Below are positions 24,591-38,624 of a stretch of DNA of 64,000 nucleotides, in pieces (position 1 is the first letter of the stretch; each line of letters starts with the position of its first letter). Under the pieces are notes generated by a model. That model saw only the letters and a program-made list of their open reading frames with translations, was not told the DNA's origin and ran no database searches. Location of the stretch: the NCBI RefSeq assembly GCF_009834535.1, contig NC_045705.1, forward strand, positions 30,568,001 through 30,632,000. The letters run 5' to 3'. This stretch comes from Camelus ferus. Its lineage: Eukaryota. Made by a program: the position numbers and the translations under genes.

Positions 24591-26359
24591 GAAAGGTGTA
24601 TAGAGAGAGAGAGAGGAGAGGGAGGGAGAGAGAGATTAATTGACAACATTTATTAATCAGCCAAAATATCATAATTATATCACAGATAATTTGGCATCCA
24701 ATGAATAATAATAGTGTCTAACAATGCCTAGACTTTTGCTAAGGATTTTATGTATTTTGTTTACCCAGTACTAATGAATCTATGAAGTTTTGAAAAGCTT
24801 AGTCCATTGTTCAGTTCCTTGAATGTTTGCCTTTTTGACATATTTAAGTTATATGCGTCGAAGGCTTGACATATTTAATATATTGATGCTTTGGTGAGTA
24901 GAAGTTGGTGGTTCCTCTGTAAGTGGCTTTTTCAGGAAGGCTAATCCAGTGGCAATGTTGAAAACGAATCTATAAACAGAATCAGAGTTTCGGATTGATT
25001 GAAAAAGCTTTAGTGTCTAGCCATTTACCAAATTTTTGAACTCTGGACAAATTGCTTCATCAGATTCTGTTGCACATTTAAGTGTCTTAACTTTCTGTCC
25101 CAGTCACTGTCTGGACATTCATACTGCCCTAAGCAGGGTCGTACTGCTCACTGGCTTCCTCATGGTTCGTCAAACCACACAACTCTGCTGAAATGCCTTT
25201 GTCTTTAGTTGAGAACAACCCTACCCACCACAGTTTGGTCTCTTTTAGAAGAATGTTGTTACTGTTTTGAAGCATTCACCTTCAATTTAATGACCACTGA
25301 AAATCACCCCATATAGATTAATGAAATTTTTTTTGCAGGGGGAGGTCATTAGTAGTTTAATGAAGTATTTTCTGATTTGAAAACTTAAACACCTGTGGAG
25401 GTTTTCTGGCTTTTCTTTTCTTTTTCCTTTCTTCTCTTTCCCTCCTCCCCTTCCCTCCCTCCCCCCTTCTTCTTTTTATCAAATTATAGTCACTGACATG
25501 TGTAGACCTAGCGAAGAAAGTACATATAGAAAAAAGAAAATTTCAGACACAGGAAAGCTGTAGGTATTCAGTGCAACAGAAAAGTGAAAGCTCAATATCC
25601 CTTGGTAAGTATCTCTGGAGACCTCTTTTTAGTATTATGGTATAAATTGCAGGGATACCTATTCAGTGAATATCTGCAGATTTCCCTTTCTACCTGCTAG
25701 CCAGGGCTTATATTTGCCTTTTTGACCACTAGTGAAAAAAACAATCTTTCATCTTGTTGGGTAAACTGATCCATTCCCCACTGACTTTGTGGATTAGGAA
25801 CCTGTAATCATGGCCTGGAATGGTTTGGGATCTTAAGATCATCATTACAGAATCAGCTGAATGATGTTCATGCCTTCAGTCATCAGAATGGAGTGATAGA
25901 AACTGTGTTAATGCCCAGGCCTGAATAGAGAGAGTCTGGTAAGGAGATGAAATAAATACAGAGCCCTTGAACAGTTTCCAGTCTTATGAAAGCTACTTAT
26001 GGGAAGCTTCTCCCAGAGGCTGAGGTGTGTCTGTGTGTCTGGTTGGGTGTGGAGAGCTCTCCAGAGCCGAAGGGCAGCCTGTTCTGGTCCCAGGTTTGCA
26101 AAACACACCACCTACATGCTGACCTGAGTATAAGCATGAGGGTGTGAGGTTTATTATTTTACCCCACCTAATATGGTGAGGTGCATGCTTTCTCATGCTC
26201 CAATTTGCCTCTTCTGTTTCTATGGAAACTGCTTATTCTCACTAAGGTTGGTAGTGGATTGGCATAATAGATAACTCTAGGAAATCAGAGTCTTCTTTGG
26301 AGACTGTACTTTTAGAGGAATCACAGTAAACTGGATAGTTATTTTTAAGCTATAGTTTT

Positions 26360-27590
26360 TGAGCACTTCATATATACCTAGCACTGTGCCTTCACGCATT
26401 GAATCTTCACAGCCACCGTATAAGGTAGGTATTATTATTAGTCCTATTTAGTAGTTATTAATAGTATCTCCTCATTTTACAAATAAAGAAACTGAGGCTT
26501 AGAAAGGATAATTGATTTGTGCAAAGCCACATAGGTGATGATGCATAGCAAAGAAGGGATTCAAACCCAGGTTTATCAGATTCCATTCTTGTTTTTCCCT
26601 CTCTACCAAGGAGATAAAAATAAACCAAAACATCTGCTGCCCACAAAGGGCAGTGAATTTTGCTTCCCTTTTAAGAATGAAGCTCTTAAACGGTTCATTA
26701 GTTGCAAATAAGTTTCCTGAGACCAGGAATTATATCTCACTCATCATTGTATATCTGCCTTTCACAATATAGGCATGTATACATACATATGTGTTAAACT
26801 GAATATGAATAATCTGACTTCAGAGTACCCCAATGTGAGCCACTAACAACAATAACTAAGACTTATTAAGCACTTACTATGTACCAGGTAACATTTTAAG
26901 TGCTTTACATATATTAATGCACATGAAAATAATTTCAGTTTTTATCTCCATTTCACATATGAGGAAATTGCAGCGCAAAAGTGTTAAATTACTAGTTAGT
27001 AAGTCCTGGAGGCAGGATTCTAATCCAGCAGCCTGACTCCAGAGTCCACATTGTTAAACTCCATGCTATGAATACCCCGAGCAGCTCCAAAAATGAGGCT
27101 CCAACGATTGTGTAGACCTGCATGCAAAAGTTACATGGATTTTGCAGTAAGTACAGGTGACTCCAGGGGCTTAATTTAACATTTCTACCAGGAGGGGGCA
27201 TCCTAGGAGCCAGGATGAATTAGGGAATAGTAAAATTCCAGTTCTCTCTTGCCACTGGACTCATCTCTCAAAGGCAGGCAGGCAGTGGCTTCTAAAAAGA
27301 AGCCACTTAGGAGAGTTTTAATGACAATAATCTTTGTACTTTGGGTAGCTGTGTGACCTTGAATAAGTTACTTAACCTCTCTGTGCTTTAGTTTCCTTAT
27401 CTGCAAAATGTAGATAATAATAGAACTTACCCTGTACATGTAAGCAATACATTTTAGAGCAATGCCTGGCTGCTATACTGTACCTACATTATGAAAAGAG
27501 GATATACAAAGATGAGTAAGATATCTTTCCTTTTAGGGCACCTGGGTAGGTACTCAATAAAGATTAGCTGGTATTATTATTGCTATGCTT
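26360..27590. mobile_element. Cluster of MIR relics
   Basis: MIR cores at about 26470-26500 (attttacaaataaagaaactgaggc), 26950-26970 and 27345-27420 (agctgtgtgaccttgaataagttacttaacctctctgtg). Confidence 0.75.
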
Positions 27591-27611
27591 TTATAAAAAT
27601 ATATAATATGT

Positions 27612-28010
27612 CTGTGGCAGCCATGAAATTGTGCCTCTCAGATCTCCTACGGGGATGGGAAAGGAGGGGAACTGCCTCCCAACCCCAGCTCTCAATCCAA
27701 CAGCTTGTTCACGCTGAGGTCACACTTCCCATAGGCTGCTCCCAGCAGATGACTGGGTGGAGAGACCCACTTTTATGAGAAATGTGACTTCTCTGGTGGT
27801 GACTTTGGCTTGAGGACTCCCACTGTACTGCACTCTAATACTCTCAGTCTCTGTCTCTTTACAAGGGTCAAACCTGCATTGTGGTCTGTCAGCTCTCCCA
27901 GCCTCTTCCAGCTCCCTCTCCATTTCCCCTCTGGGCTTTTCCCCCAGTATATCTCTTGCATGTCTGATCCTGTCCTGTTGTCTGCTTCTCAGAGAACCTG
28001 GACTAAGACA
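27612..28010. mobile_element. Ancient ERVL-class solo LTR (LTR16/LTR33-like; subfamily uncertain)
   Basis: TG...CA-like ends (tgtggcagccatg...ctgcttctcagagaacctggactaagaca), about 400 bp. Confidence 0.55.
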
Positions 28011-31000
28011 ACATCTAACAGTCACTGTTATAGTCCCTTCAGTCATGAGGTTAAGAGAGTTTCTTCAAGCCTTAGCAAAGGTTCTAACATGTGACTCTAT
28101 GCTGGAGATTCTTAAGTGTTACTAATCCTTTTTTTTTTTTTTTTTTTGCACTTGCTGATATCATAGAACATGATATTTACTTGTCTTACGGCCAGACAGA
28201 GTTTCTTTTTCTGCTTTTGGATGAATCCTGATAAGCAAACTTATTTTTGTTTGAATATAATTAGTGAACCTTCCAAACCCAACCCTGTGCTAGGGAACAT
28301 TGCTATTTACAAGTTAACAGAAATACTCTTAGGACTTTAGAGTGCTTGGGTTGTTTCAGAAAGGAGAAGAAATAATATTATGGATGTTACACTGACCTCC
28401 TAAATCTTTGGAAACTAGGTTTATAATGTATAAAACTGGTCCCTTAAATAGTAATTCACAATATCATCTTTCCTTTATTTTTCCTCCCTTTTCCTTCCTT
28501 TCTTTTCTTCCTAGTTGTTCTTTTCTTTCTTCCTTCCTGAATACCTTCTCTCTATAAAGCAAAGCATGAATATAAAGTGTCCCTCTGTATAGGAACTTAT
28601 GCCATAGATGGGAGATGGGACATACTGATAAATGATTGTAACACCAAATGACCATGTAGTAAGTGCCGTTTCAGAGTGGGTGAACTGTATGTATGCAGGT
28701 ATCTTAGTGCTTTCCCAGTTTGGTCAGCAGTTTATTACACTGTCACTGCTGGTCATGGCAGGGGCAGAGCAGTTCCCTAGGTGGCCCAGTTCTGGGATGT
28801 GCCTTTGGGAGTTGTTCCTGGAGGTTCAGCCTAGACTCTGTTTCTTTCACCTTTCCAAGGATTCTATAAGCTACTTAATAAATGTGATCAATATCTTTTT
28901 GTTGGAGGATAAGAGTGGGTGCATTCTAAGGCATGTTGTTTGTTGACCCTCACCCACCCCCATTTCTCCAGGATAACTGATTATGGATGAAGTCAGTGTC
29001 ATTCTTGGGTTTAAAAATAGTTCTGTAAATTTTTTAACTTGCTTATTATTTATGTATTCAAGTAATCTTAAAATCTTTCCTCCAAATGCTGTCCAAAAGT
29101 TGGGAATCACTTGTATTTGTTTTAAATACCACATTTGGTAAATGAGTAAGTTTAGGAAGCTGAATAGGTAATTAAAGTTTTAAAAAGTGGTAATAGTAGA
29201 TCAGGAGAGACTAGTGATCCATTAGCTTATCTCTAGTTCATCATCCTGTTTATGTCTTTCTTAACACTTACCACAATTATCTTGCCTATCTATTTGCATA
29301 TTGTTATGGTCTGTTTCTTACTAAAATGTAAGCTGTAAGGGCAGACTTATTCTCTCAGTATTTCCAAAATCTAGCACAGTGCTTGGCCCAAGTTAAGTGC
29401 TCAGTTGTTAAATGAATAGTCTGCTTTAAGTAACAGAATGATTTTTTTTTTCAAATAGGAGAAAGGAATCCAGTTCAACAAGTAGTTATTGAATTCCTAC
29501 TGTGTGAGAGACACTAGGCTTTTTTCCCCCTCCTTCCATGGACAAATAAAGGATGACTGATCAAAATTGTTCCTCCTAATGCTGTCCAAAAGTTGAGGAT
29601 CACTATTATTTGCAGAAGTACAACGTTTGATAAATGAGTAAATTTAGTTTCTTGGTTGATACCATATTTTCTTTGTTTTGGTTACACAACAGTAAGATTT
29701 AATCCATTTTTAAAATGGTATTTTATGAAGGAAGGAAATTTTATACAATTTTGGGGCATCTCCTTGAGATCCTGTCTTCATTTGAGCAGAGTAGTATGCT
29801 TTGATTAAGACTGGAATTACCCTTGTCAACTGATCCCTGGGTCCTCTGTGTTGGGATGCCCTTGAACTACTTCCCTACGGGCCTTAGGAAATAGCTCAGT
29901 CTATGATAGGAATTTCAAGTCAAAACACATTTCTCTGAGCAGAATTTTAATGATTTATCAAAGAGAGGAGGGATTTTCCCAGACACATCTGAACTTCCCA
30001 AATTACTGATCCCATTAGCTATGTTTTCTTTTAAGCACCTTTCTTTAAACAAAGTAATTACTGCTGAAATCATCCAATGTATTTTTCATAAAAGCTTTTG
30101 ACTAAGTTTTGTTTGATTAGCAGGAACCCAGTAAAAGTAAATATTGTTTGAGAAGGCACTTTCAGAGCCCTTTCTTTTTCTTCCTTGAATTAGCTTTTTA
30201 AAAGTGCTGTTCTTTGGAGAGAGTAAGAGCCTTTTTCCAGCTGTCCTATTGTGTAGCTCAAGGTCTTGTTAATACTATTATCTGGCCTGGAGATTACAGG
30301 TAATTGTGATAAAACACAAGCTTTGGTTTCTATAATCTTGGACAGAAATCTGTTTGTGCCCAGTCCTTCATACAGGTGTTTGTTAAATTCAGACTTCTCT
30401 CACCTGGGATGGCCTCTCTGGCCCCCCGTAAGCAGAGGTATCTGGCAGGGGTAGGGCTGCATTAGAGGCCTTGCCTTTTTTTTTTTAATCATGTGGCAGA
30501 ACTCCAGTGACCAACTTACATACAACATGTGCGCTAAATGGGAAAATTATATATTTTAAAACAGGCATGCTTGAAACAATAACACTTTTGAATGTGAAAT
30601 GTACCAAAAGGCCACATGTCTCTGGCTTTGCTTGTCAAATGGAGAGGCTGCCAGAACGACTCGGCTCCATGGTTCTCATGCCCTAAAGTCCTGCAAATTG
30701 ACACATAAGTAGGCAACACACAAAGAAGCTCAGCCCTTGAGAAAGTGAGTTAGGGCGCTTGGGCTGGCCTCCTCTCTGTGCAGAGTTCTTTCCAGCTTCG
30801 TTTCTTCTGTCCTATCTTAGTTTTTCAGAAAGGAGAGATTAAATGTGTCTGGTATTTCAGCATGTTAACTGCACTGGCAACATGAGGCTAGCACTCAGGC
30901 CACTGTTCAGCCTGTCATATGGAAGGAGTTGCCTTTCAGGGGAGATTATAATTGTGTATGTAGCCACACAAATGCACATTCTGCCTGGAGGAAAATGCAC

Positions 31001-33479
31001 AGAAGAGGAGGCCTTATGCTGCCACTCAGGTCTCTTTGTGGAGGCTGCATAAGAAGCCCTTACATGGCACAGTCAACTCTTTTGGGCTTAATGAGTCATC
31101 TTTTTGTGTGATGCCTACTTCAAAAAAAAAAGGGGGGGGCGGGGGTTGGGGAAGAAGAAGAAACACACTCTTCCCCAAGTGAGTTGCTTTTATTGGCCCT
31201 GAAGCTTTGTTGAAGAGTTTTGTACATTCCTGATGACATCATTTACAATACTAGTGCACAGACAGTAAACAAAAAAATAACTTAGCTTTCAGGCATTTAG
31301 GCAAAACTTAAATAGTCCAGTTTAGAGAAATGATAATAAGCTTTATAAACAGCAAGCACATGAGCTTGAACAGCAAGCATAACCCCAGTCTTTTTTGGAA
31401 TGTGAGGTGTTGAAAGATGGCTGTAGAGAAAACTAGAAGCTTGACACTTTTGAATCATGTGCAGCTCAGACTTGAGTCCATGGTCTAGTATTAATCCCAA
31501 GCAGTATGTTGTAGTTAATGGGTAAATACACACTACCATGTAAGTCATTAAGCTCCTTAAGCCATAGCATTTTACATATAAGAAAAGAAAATATTACCAC
31601 CTACCTCACAGGAATGTTAGAAGATTGAGAAGATAAACATGTCGAGCTCTTTATAAGAGAAGTGTTTTGTAAATAGAAAATACCATTATTTTTCTCCTTG
31701 ATCAAATTTCCCCAACACATGGAGTTGATAAAAGTTACCGCACAGGAGGTTGAGAGGATGAATTAATTAATATATGTCAAGTATCTTAATGTAAACTATT
31801 TAATGAGACCTAAAATTGATTGTCTTTCTTGGTAGTCTGCAAACCTCCAAACCTGATACTTGTGCACATAATTAACTTATAAAGTCTTACATATGCCATC
31901 AGTCATTTGCCTTATCTTCAAGGGCTGGCATGGTAGAGGATAGTGAAAATACAGGTAGAAGAAAATAGGTTAGGTCTCCAGGAAGAATGGCCCTGCCTTT
32001 TTTCTCTTCAAGGTTATGCCTACGAATAGTCTTTGGAGTCTTGCTTATCTCTGTTGCCATGTCTGGACATAGGTAGGCACTGTTTTGACCTTTGTTCTTC
32101 CAGTAAATATTTGGTTTTGATCTCATGTTTCTAAAGAAGAAACAAAATTATAAGGAAAAGAAGTGATTGATTTGTCTCACACTGTGAACTTTTCTTATCA
32201 TTTCTTAGTAGCTAAGAGAAAATAATTATTGTTGAAGGACCTGACATTGGGTTCCTTAACTGGAAAGTTCTTAAACTCAGCCAAGTAATAAAAACAGCCT
32301 TGGTTGTTATCTTTAGAGGAGAAGGAACACCAGAAAATAATTTGTATTTTTAAATGACAAAATTATCACTGACATCCCTGGTTCCATTTTTGTTGGTATT
32401 TTCATAAGATTTTAGGCAACACAACCCGAGAAGACCCCTCAGGTTAATTTTCCAGTTTAGAATTTCATCTTTTGTTTCCAAGTATAGTAGCATTTAGGTA
32501 ACTTCACTTCCCAGATTTCATTTTCTATTAGATGTCACAAAATGGGAAACACTATTTCATTTAAATTCTTAACCATTACCAGAGATTATTTCTCTTACAT
32601 TTTCCTTTATACATAAATATTATTCCAACTTCTAAGTAGTACAGCCCCCCAAATTCTGTCTTAAGTTGGAAATATATTCAAATAGATGTTCTTGGTATCC
32701 CAGCTGTAGTCATTCTTATATCCAGGAGGTCTGGAGATAGGCAGCAATATCATTCAGTCCTTACAAGATATTTGTAAGATAGGTACCAGCCTGATCCCCA
32801 GTTTTCCATGAGGAAACTGAAATTTAGGTTATGTAACCTGCCCGAGGTCACCAAGCTAGTAAATGTGGAGGTGAAGCTTCAGTGAGGTTTATCTGACTCT
32901 AAAGCCCGTGTTGTTAGCTAGTTTGCTCTCAGGTCCTACTTCTTAAGGCTCTCTTTCCTTTTCAGTCCCTATAAAGTTCATAAAATATTAACGAACTAAT
33001 ATTTTAATAGAAATTTCTTCAGAACATGTGATATTTTCCCTGGACTTTTTGGTATAATATACAGAACATAATTTTACATTTTCTTGATGATATGGTATCA
33101 TTATTTTAAACATCATTTATTATATTGTACTATAGACATGTTGTGACATTTACTCATGAGGGTGGATGTTAGGAAACGGGGACTCAGAGAACTTAAGTAA
33201 AATTTCCATCGTTTATATAGACAGCAGATAGTGCAGCTAAGATTTAACTCTAGTTCTTCTGATTCTAAATTTAGTGGCTTAGGTGCCACTCAATCCATGT
33301 CAGTTAAATCTGATTTTATAGCTATTAGTTAATGATAAGAACTTCCCCCATGCTTAAAACTCTCCTCTTTCCAGACCAGTGTTTCCTAGTAGGTCAGTAA
33401 ACTGTTGAGGTACCCTGAGGTTTTGTACTTTATGGGATTTTGTGCCACTGATCTCTCAGGGTGATGGTTGAGCAGCAAT

Positions 33480-33910
33480 TGTAAAAAGATCCCCCACTGA
33501 TGCCACCCTTGCCAGTGCGATGGCTCACACAAGAGAGAACTTTATTTCTCTCTAACTTAATCCAAGTCCCAGAGGTGAAAGACAGGATCTCCTCTAGGAC
33601 ACCATCGTAGGATTTCAGGCGAGCAGGGCAGCCATGCCGTTTGAAACACTGGGTTTCCGAGGACATCTCAGTTGTAGCCATTTCTAGTTACAGAATGGAA
33701 AAGGGGAAGGAATGAGTCCAGGGCAAACACCTTTTAAGCAAAGTAAGGCAGACATCGGAACCATCACTTGTGCTCACATTTCATAGGTGAGAACTTAATC
33801 TAAAACCCCAGCTAATTGCACTGGAGCCTGAGAATTGAAGTCCAACCAGACAATCGTGTATAAGAAGAATAGGAGCGCATATTTGGGGGGTGCAACAGTA
33901 ATCTGCCATA
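33480..33910. mobile_element. Old MaLR LTR (MLT1J/K-like)
   Basis: tttatttctctc...catcacttgtgctcacatttcatagg...ccagctaattgcactggagcctgagaa resembles MLT1 text. Confidence 0.45.
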
Positions 33911-34319
33911 TCTTGTATGTGCAGGGGAGATGTCTCTCCCACTCAGGGTGGTTGAATTGTTGGTAGCTGCTTGCCCTTATTCAGAAGCAAAGCACAGATG
34001 TACCATGGGTGTTTGACTTTTCCTCGCCTTCCTCTACCTCTTAGATATTTTATCCCTTATCTCTGCTCTCCACTCTTCTGTCTTGTGCTACCACTGAGCT
34101 TGGTTGCTCCCTTTTTATTATTATTTTCTTTCTTAACTCTTTGTCTCCTGTCACTTCTCTTATATCACTTTGTCCTTTGTAAACATTTCCAACTAATCAG
34201 AATAGGTCTCTTTCTACACTTTAGTGAGCAATGTAATGTTAGGGTTTTAGTTCTTTATTATTGTGTTGGTTGCTGGGTGTTGGGGCTTACTTTGCTGCCA
34301 AATAAAAAATTTTTGAGTG

Positions 34320-34900
34320 GGAGTTAGAGACCCATTATAGGAATCTAAACCTTGTCTCCAGAGAACTAGTTTTACAATAAAGATATTTATCTTCCTCCGC
34401 TGAGAATAGTTGGTAAGAGATTTAGAAGAACAAGGAAAAGGTGGTGCCACAGAAACCTGGGGAAGGAATGAGTTTCAAGGTGCAGGGAGTGTTCAGTGAT
34501 ATCAGTGGCCTCAGAGAGGTCAAATATGATAAGAGCTGCAAAAGAGATTGCTAGTGGCATTAGGTGAGAAGTTTCAGTGGAGTAGTGTGGCAGGATGCCA
34601 GATTTTCCTGGATTGAAGAGTAAATGGGAAGGGTGAGGGAACTGAGAAAATAGGTAGGCTAGGTTTGTTTCCAGAAACTTGGTGGGTTGGGGCAGGAGGA
34701 GAGGGGGTGATAGCAAGAGTAGGGAGAGTTTATTGTTGTTTTTAAGTTTTTAGATGTGTATGTTTATCAGCTGATGGAAAGGGAGCCATTGTAGGAAGGA
34801 GGGGAGATCCAGGAGAAGAACAGGATGATTAAATGATGGAATGCTTTCTCAAAAGAGGTGGGAGGGAATTCCTGGATCAAGAGCAGAGGTGCAAGGTTGT
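34320..34900. mobile_element. L2 fragment
   Basis: ctcagagaggtcaaatatgataag...gtttcagtggagtagtgtggcaggatgccagatt. Confidence 0.55.
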
Positions 34901-35207
34901 TTTCAGAGGTGGGAATCAGGGCCGTATTTCTCCATTTGGCTCTATAGGCATTATGCCTAATCTGTAAGCTGTTTTGAGATCTTTGAAAATATTTGATACC
35001 TAAACAATATTTATTGACCCTAAAGTATGGGTAAAGGTTTAATTATGTATTTATAAAACATAATATAATGTCACTTTTATTGTTACATTTAGTGTGGACA
35101 AACATTTTATTATATTTGAAAGCAATTTATTAGCAAGATTTTTCTCAATTAGCAGGAATTTCCATGTGAGAAATCTAGTCCCAAAATGGTCTTAAAACAA
35201 GTCTACA

Positions 35208-35745
35208 AGGATATTATTTAGCAATAAAAAGGAAAGAAATCCTGCCATTTGCAACAACATAGGTGGACCTTGAGGACATTATGTCAAGTGAAATAAGTTA
35301 GACAGAAAAAGACAAATGCCATATGATTTCACTAATATGTACTTAATATTTAATATCATGAAAAACCCTGGACTCAGATGCAGAGAACAGATTGGTGGCT
35401 GCCAGAGGTGGGGGTTGGAGGGTAGGTGAAATGGGTGAAGGTTGGAAAAAGGTACAGATCCAATTGTACAATAAATGAATCATGGGGATTTATTTATTGT
35501 ACAGCATGGTGAGTATAGTTAATAATATTGTATTGTATATTTGAAAGTTGCTAAGAGAGTAGATCTTAAAAGTTCTCATCACAAAGAAAAACAAATTGTA
35601 ACTGTGTGTGGTGATGCTGGATGTTAACTAGATTTACTGTGGTGATTGTTTCACAATATATCCCAATATGAATCGCTGTGTTGTACACCTGAAACTAATA
35701 TAATGTCGTCTGTCAATTATGTATCAATAAAAAAGAAAAAGAAAG
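35208..35745 (+). mobile_element. L1MA-like LINE 3' end
   Basis: cctgccatttgcaacaacataggtggaccttgaggacattatg...gttgtacacctgaaactaatataatg...caataaaaaa A-tail. Confidence 0.85.
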
Positions 35746-36249
35746 AAATCCTGGCTGTACAAGAAGTAAGTGTATTTGAACAGCAGAGACAGATAGTAAG
35801 GACAGTGAAGGAGCTTACTTAGAAATGGAGCTGAAGGTTGATGTTCTTTACCTGACCACCTCGTCTTTGTCTTTGAAATAAGATTCAAGGTTATCTCCTT
35901 GGAGTTAGGGAAACAAAAGTGAAAGTTATAAGAGAACAAAGAAAATTTATATTACTTGCTGTGGGAAAGAAAATAGCTCAACTAGAGACAAGTACAAAAA
36001 TTCTGAACAGCATTAAGATATTTGAAGTAAGGATACATAAATTCTTTGAAAAAAAGAAGCAACAAAGAATATTAACAGGAACAAAGTTGACTATGTAAAT
36101 TGTAAAAGAAGAAAATACAAAAATATTACAAAGTAATAATTAGATGAAACAACTGAAAAACTGTTCTAGGAAAACAAGATGTTGCAAATAATGGGTAAAG
36201 AGAGGGAATCCAAAAAGAACAAAAAATTTTAATTTAATATTTATTTTTA

Positions 36250-37950
36250 TTAGCTACAGAATTTTATCCATCAAATAGATTTATAAAAGTTTTAATAAAA
36301 CACAGCAGTACCATAACCCACAAACTTCTCACCTCCAAATCCAACTCCTCAGAGGAAACTACTTACAAATTTTTTCAGTATGTCTGTTGATATTCTGCTG
36401 CATATTTTTAAATAACTTGCTTACACTGCTCTTCTTGGTTTTTCAGTTTTAGATGTTATCAAATGACTTCTTATGATGGATTTAGTGCTTTTATACCATT
36501 TAACTTCCCTTCCTCCCCCCAAAATTAGGATTTTTGGTTAAGTCAATATTCAGTGTTTGTTATCACTAAGAAAAGGTATGTATACATTAGTCTTGTCTGT
36601 ATACTATGATTACATTTCCCTTTTTTAATAGTTTTTTTTTTTTTCTTTTCTGGAGTTAATCATTACCTTGTCTTTGGTTGATTTCCTATGAACTTATCTC
36701 TAATTTCTTCCCAAACTTTCCAACCAAAGTGTTGTCTCCTCTTAGTTCATGCAGGAACATCAGGTATTCTCTAAATTTCAGTTTATTTTCTTCAAGATAA
36801 CTCTCCTGGAGTACTCCCTCACCTGATTGGTCCTCCTGCTCCAATCTGGCCTGGTTGCTCTCTAAATCCTTTATCCCTATCATGGATATTACTTGCTTCA
36901 AGTTATACTCCATATTTCCTGAAGCCTCTGTTTTCCTTTTTCCTTATGTATGCCTTGCTTTTGTTAGGTTGCATCCTCCAGTAGCTTTCTGAGAAAGGGT
37001 GCGTGCAAAATAAAATTTAGAGCATCCTGTGGCCCTGAAAATGTCTTTGTACTACCTTTACACTTGATTCATAGTTGGTGTAGGTATAAAGTTCTACGTT
37101 GGAGATAATTTTCCCTTAGAATTTTAAAGGCATTTCTCTCTTATCTTTTAGCTTTCCATATTGCTGTTGAGAATTTGAATGCCGTTCAGATTTGTGATAT
37201 TTCTTCAAGATGTCCATTGGCTTGGATCTTCTTTCATTCATTGTCTTGAGACCCTTTCAGTGTGGAAGTTTATATCCTACAATTCTGAGTTTTCTTGAAT
37301 TGTATATTTGACATTTTCTCATATCTATCTCTGGAACTGTTTTTACTCAGTCATTGGACCTTATGGATTCATGCTCTAATTTTCTTACCTTTCTTCTTTG
37401 CCATATTTTTTTGGTTGTTGTATTTTATGTGAGTATGTTTGACCTTTCCAATTCTGTTGAGTTCTAAAAATATCTACTATTATATTTTAAATTTCTATTC
37501 ACTTATTTTTATTTATGAGTTCATGAATACAAGATTTTATCTTGCCTTTCTGAGAATATTAATTGTGGTGTTTCTTTTCTTGTTTTGTTTTGTGTTTTGG
37601 TTTGGTTTGGTTTTTTGCTTATGTGTAAGTCTCCTGAGTTTTCTTTTTCTTCTGAGTTTCTTTATTTCTGTTTGTTATTTTTGATGTGTTTTTCATAAAA
37701 GAAGCTTTCCTAAAGCTTCTGGTGCTTCTTGGATATCTGTTTAAGTGCTGAGCAGGGGAGGGTCTTACAGATCAGTAGGTAGACTTTAATGTAATCATCT
37801 GAGCATCTCTATCTTCAGCTGTTCTTGATGTGCCCATGTTCAATGTCCTAGTGATTCAGCCCCTTAGTAGAGAATAAACCTTTAATATCAATATCTGAGT
37901 GAAGGAAGGATAGTAACTTTGCTATGTAAGGTTGGGGACAGGATCTAGAA
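36250..37950 (-). mobile_element. Very old L1 (L1ME/L1MD-like) fragments
   Basis: T-rich degenerate L1 text, e.g. attttcccttagaattttaaaggcatt...tattgctgttgagaa. Confidence 0.5.
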
Positions 37951-37986
37951 ATATAACTGCTTCTTATGTAGGTTTTTCACCCAACT

Positions 37987-38368
37987 ATATTAGTTAACTT
38001 AGGCTGCCACAATGAAAGATCACAAGTTGTATGACTTAAACAACAGAAATTAATTTTCTCACAGTACTGGAGGCTGCAAAGTCAAGATCAAGGTCTAGCA
38101 GGGCTTGGTTTTTGGTAATGACTTTCTTCCTGGCTTGTAGATAGTCTCCTTCTATCCGTGTGCTCACTTGGCTTTTCTCGGTTTGTACATGTTATGTAGG
38201 GGAGCTCTCTAGTATCTCTTCTTATAAAGACACTGATCCTTTTGGCTCAGGGCCCCACCCTTTTGAACTCATTTATCCTTAATTACTTTTTTGCTCCAAA
38301 TACAGCCACACTGTGGGTTAGTGCTTCAACATATGAATTTTGGGGCATGCACCATACAGTCCATAACA
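37987..38368. mobile_element. MaLR solo LTR (MLT1A/B-like)
   Basis: tatattagtt...ggctgcc...cttaaacaacagaaattaattttctcacagtactggaggctg...aagatcaaggt...cttcaacatatgaattttgggg...cagtccataaca. Confidence 0.85.
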
Positions 38369-38624
38369 CCAACTTTCTGTTTTTACTTTTCTTTATACCC
38401 ATGCCATCAGAGGTTCTTGTATAGTTCCTAAGCCTTTCTGGTATTATGTAAGAGGGTGGGCTTACTTCTTGTTATCTTTCTTTTAATACAGCCACTTAAG
38501 TTTTAGCTTCTTTTAGTCTACTACAATAGTTATTACTTGTTTGTCCGTTTCCATCTTTCAGAATTTTCTTGACATCTCTTATCTTCTACCCTCTTTAACT
38601 CTTTGTTTTTATGAGTGTGCCTTC

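Noticed and set aside
35228..35752. Apparent TSD (gaaagaaatcctg) around the L1 3' end
   Set aside because: The upstream copy lies within sequence that already resembles L1 consensus, so it may be coincidental.
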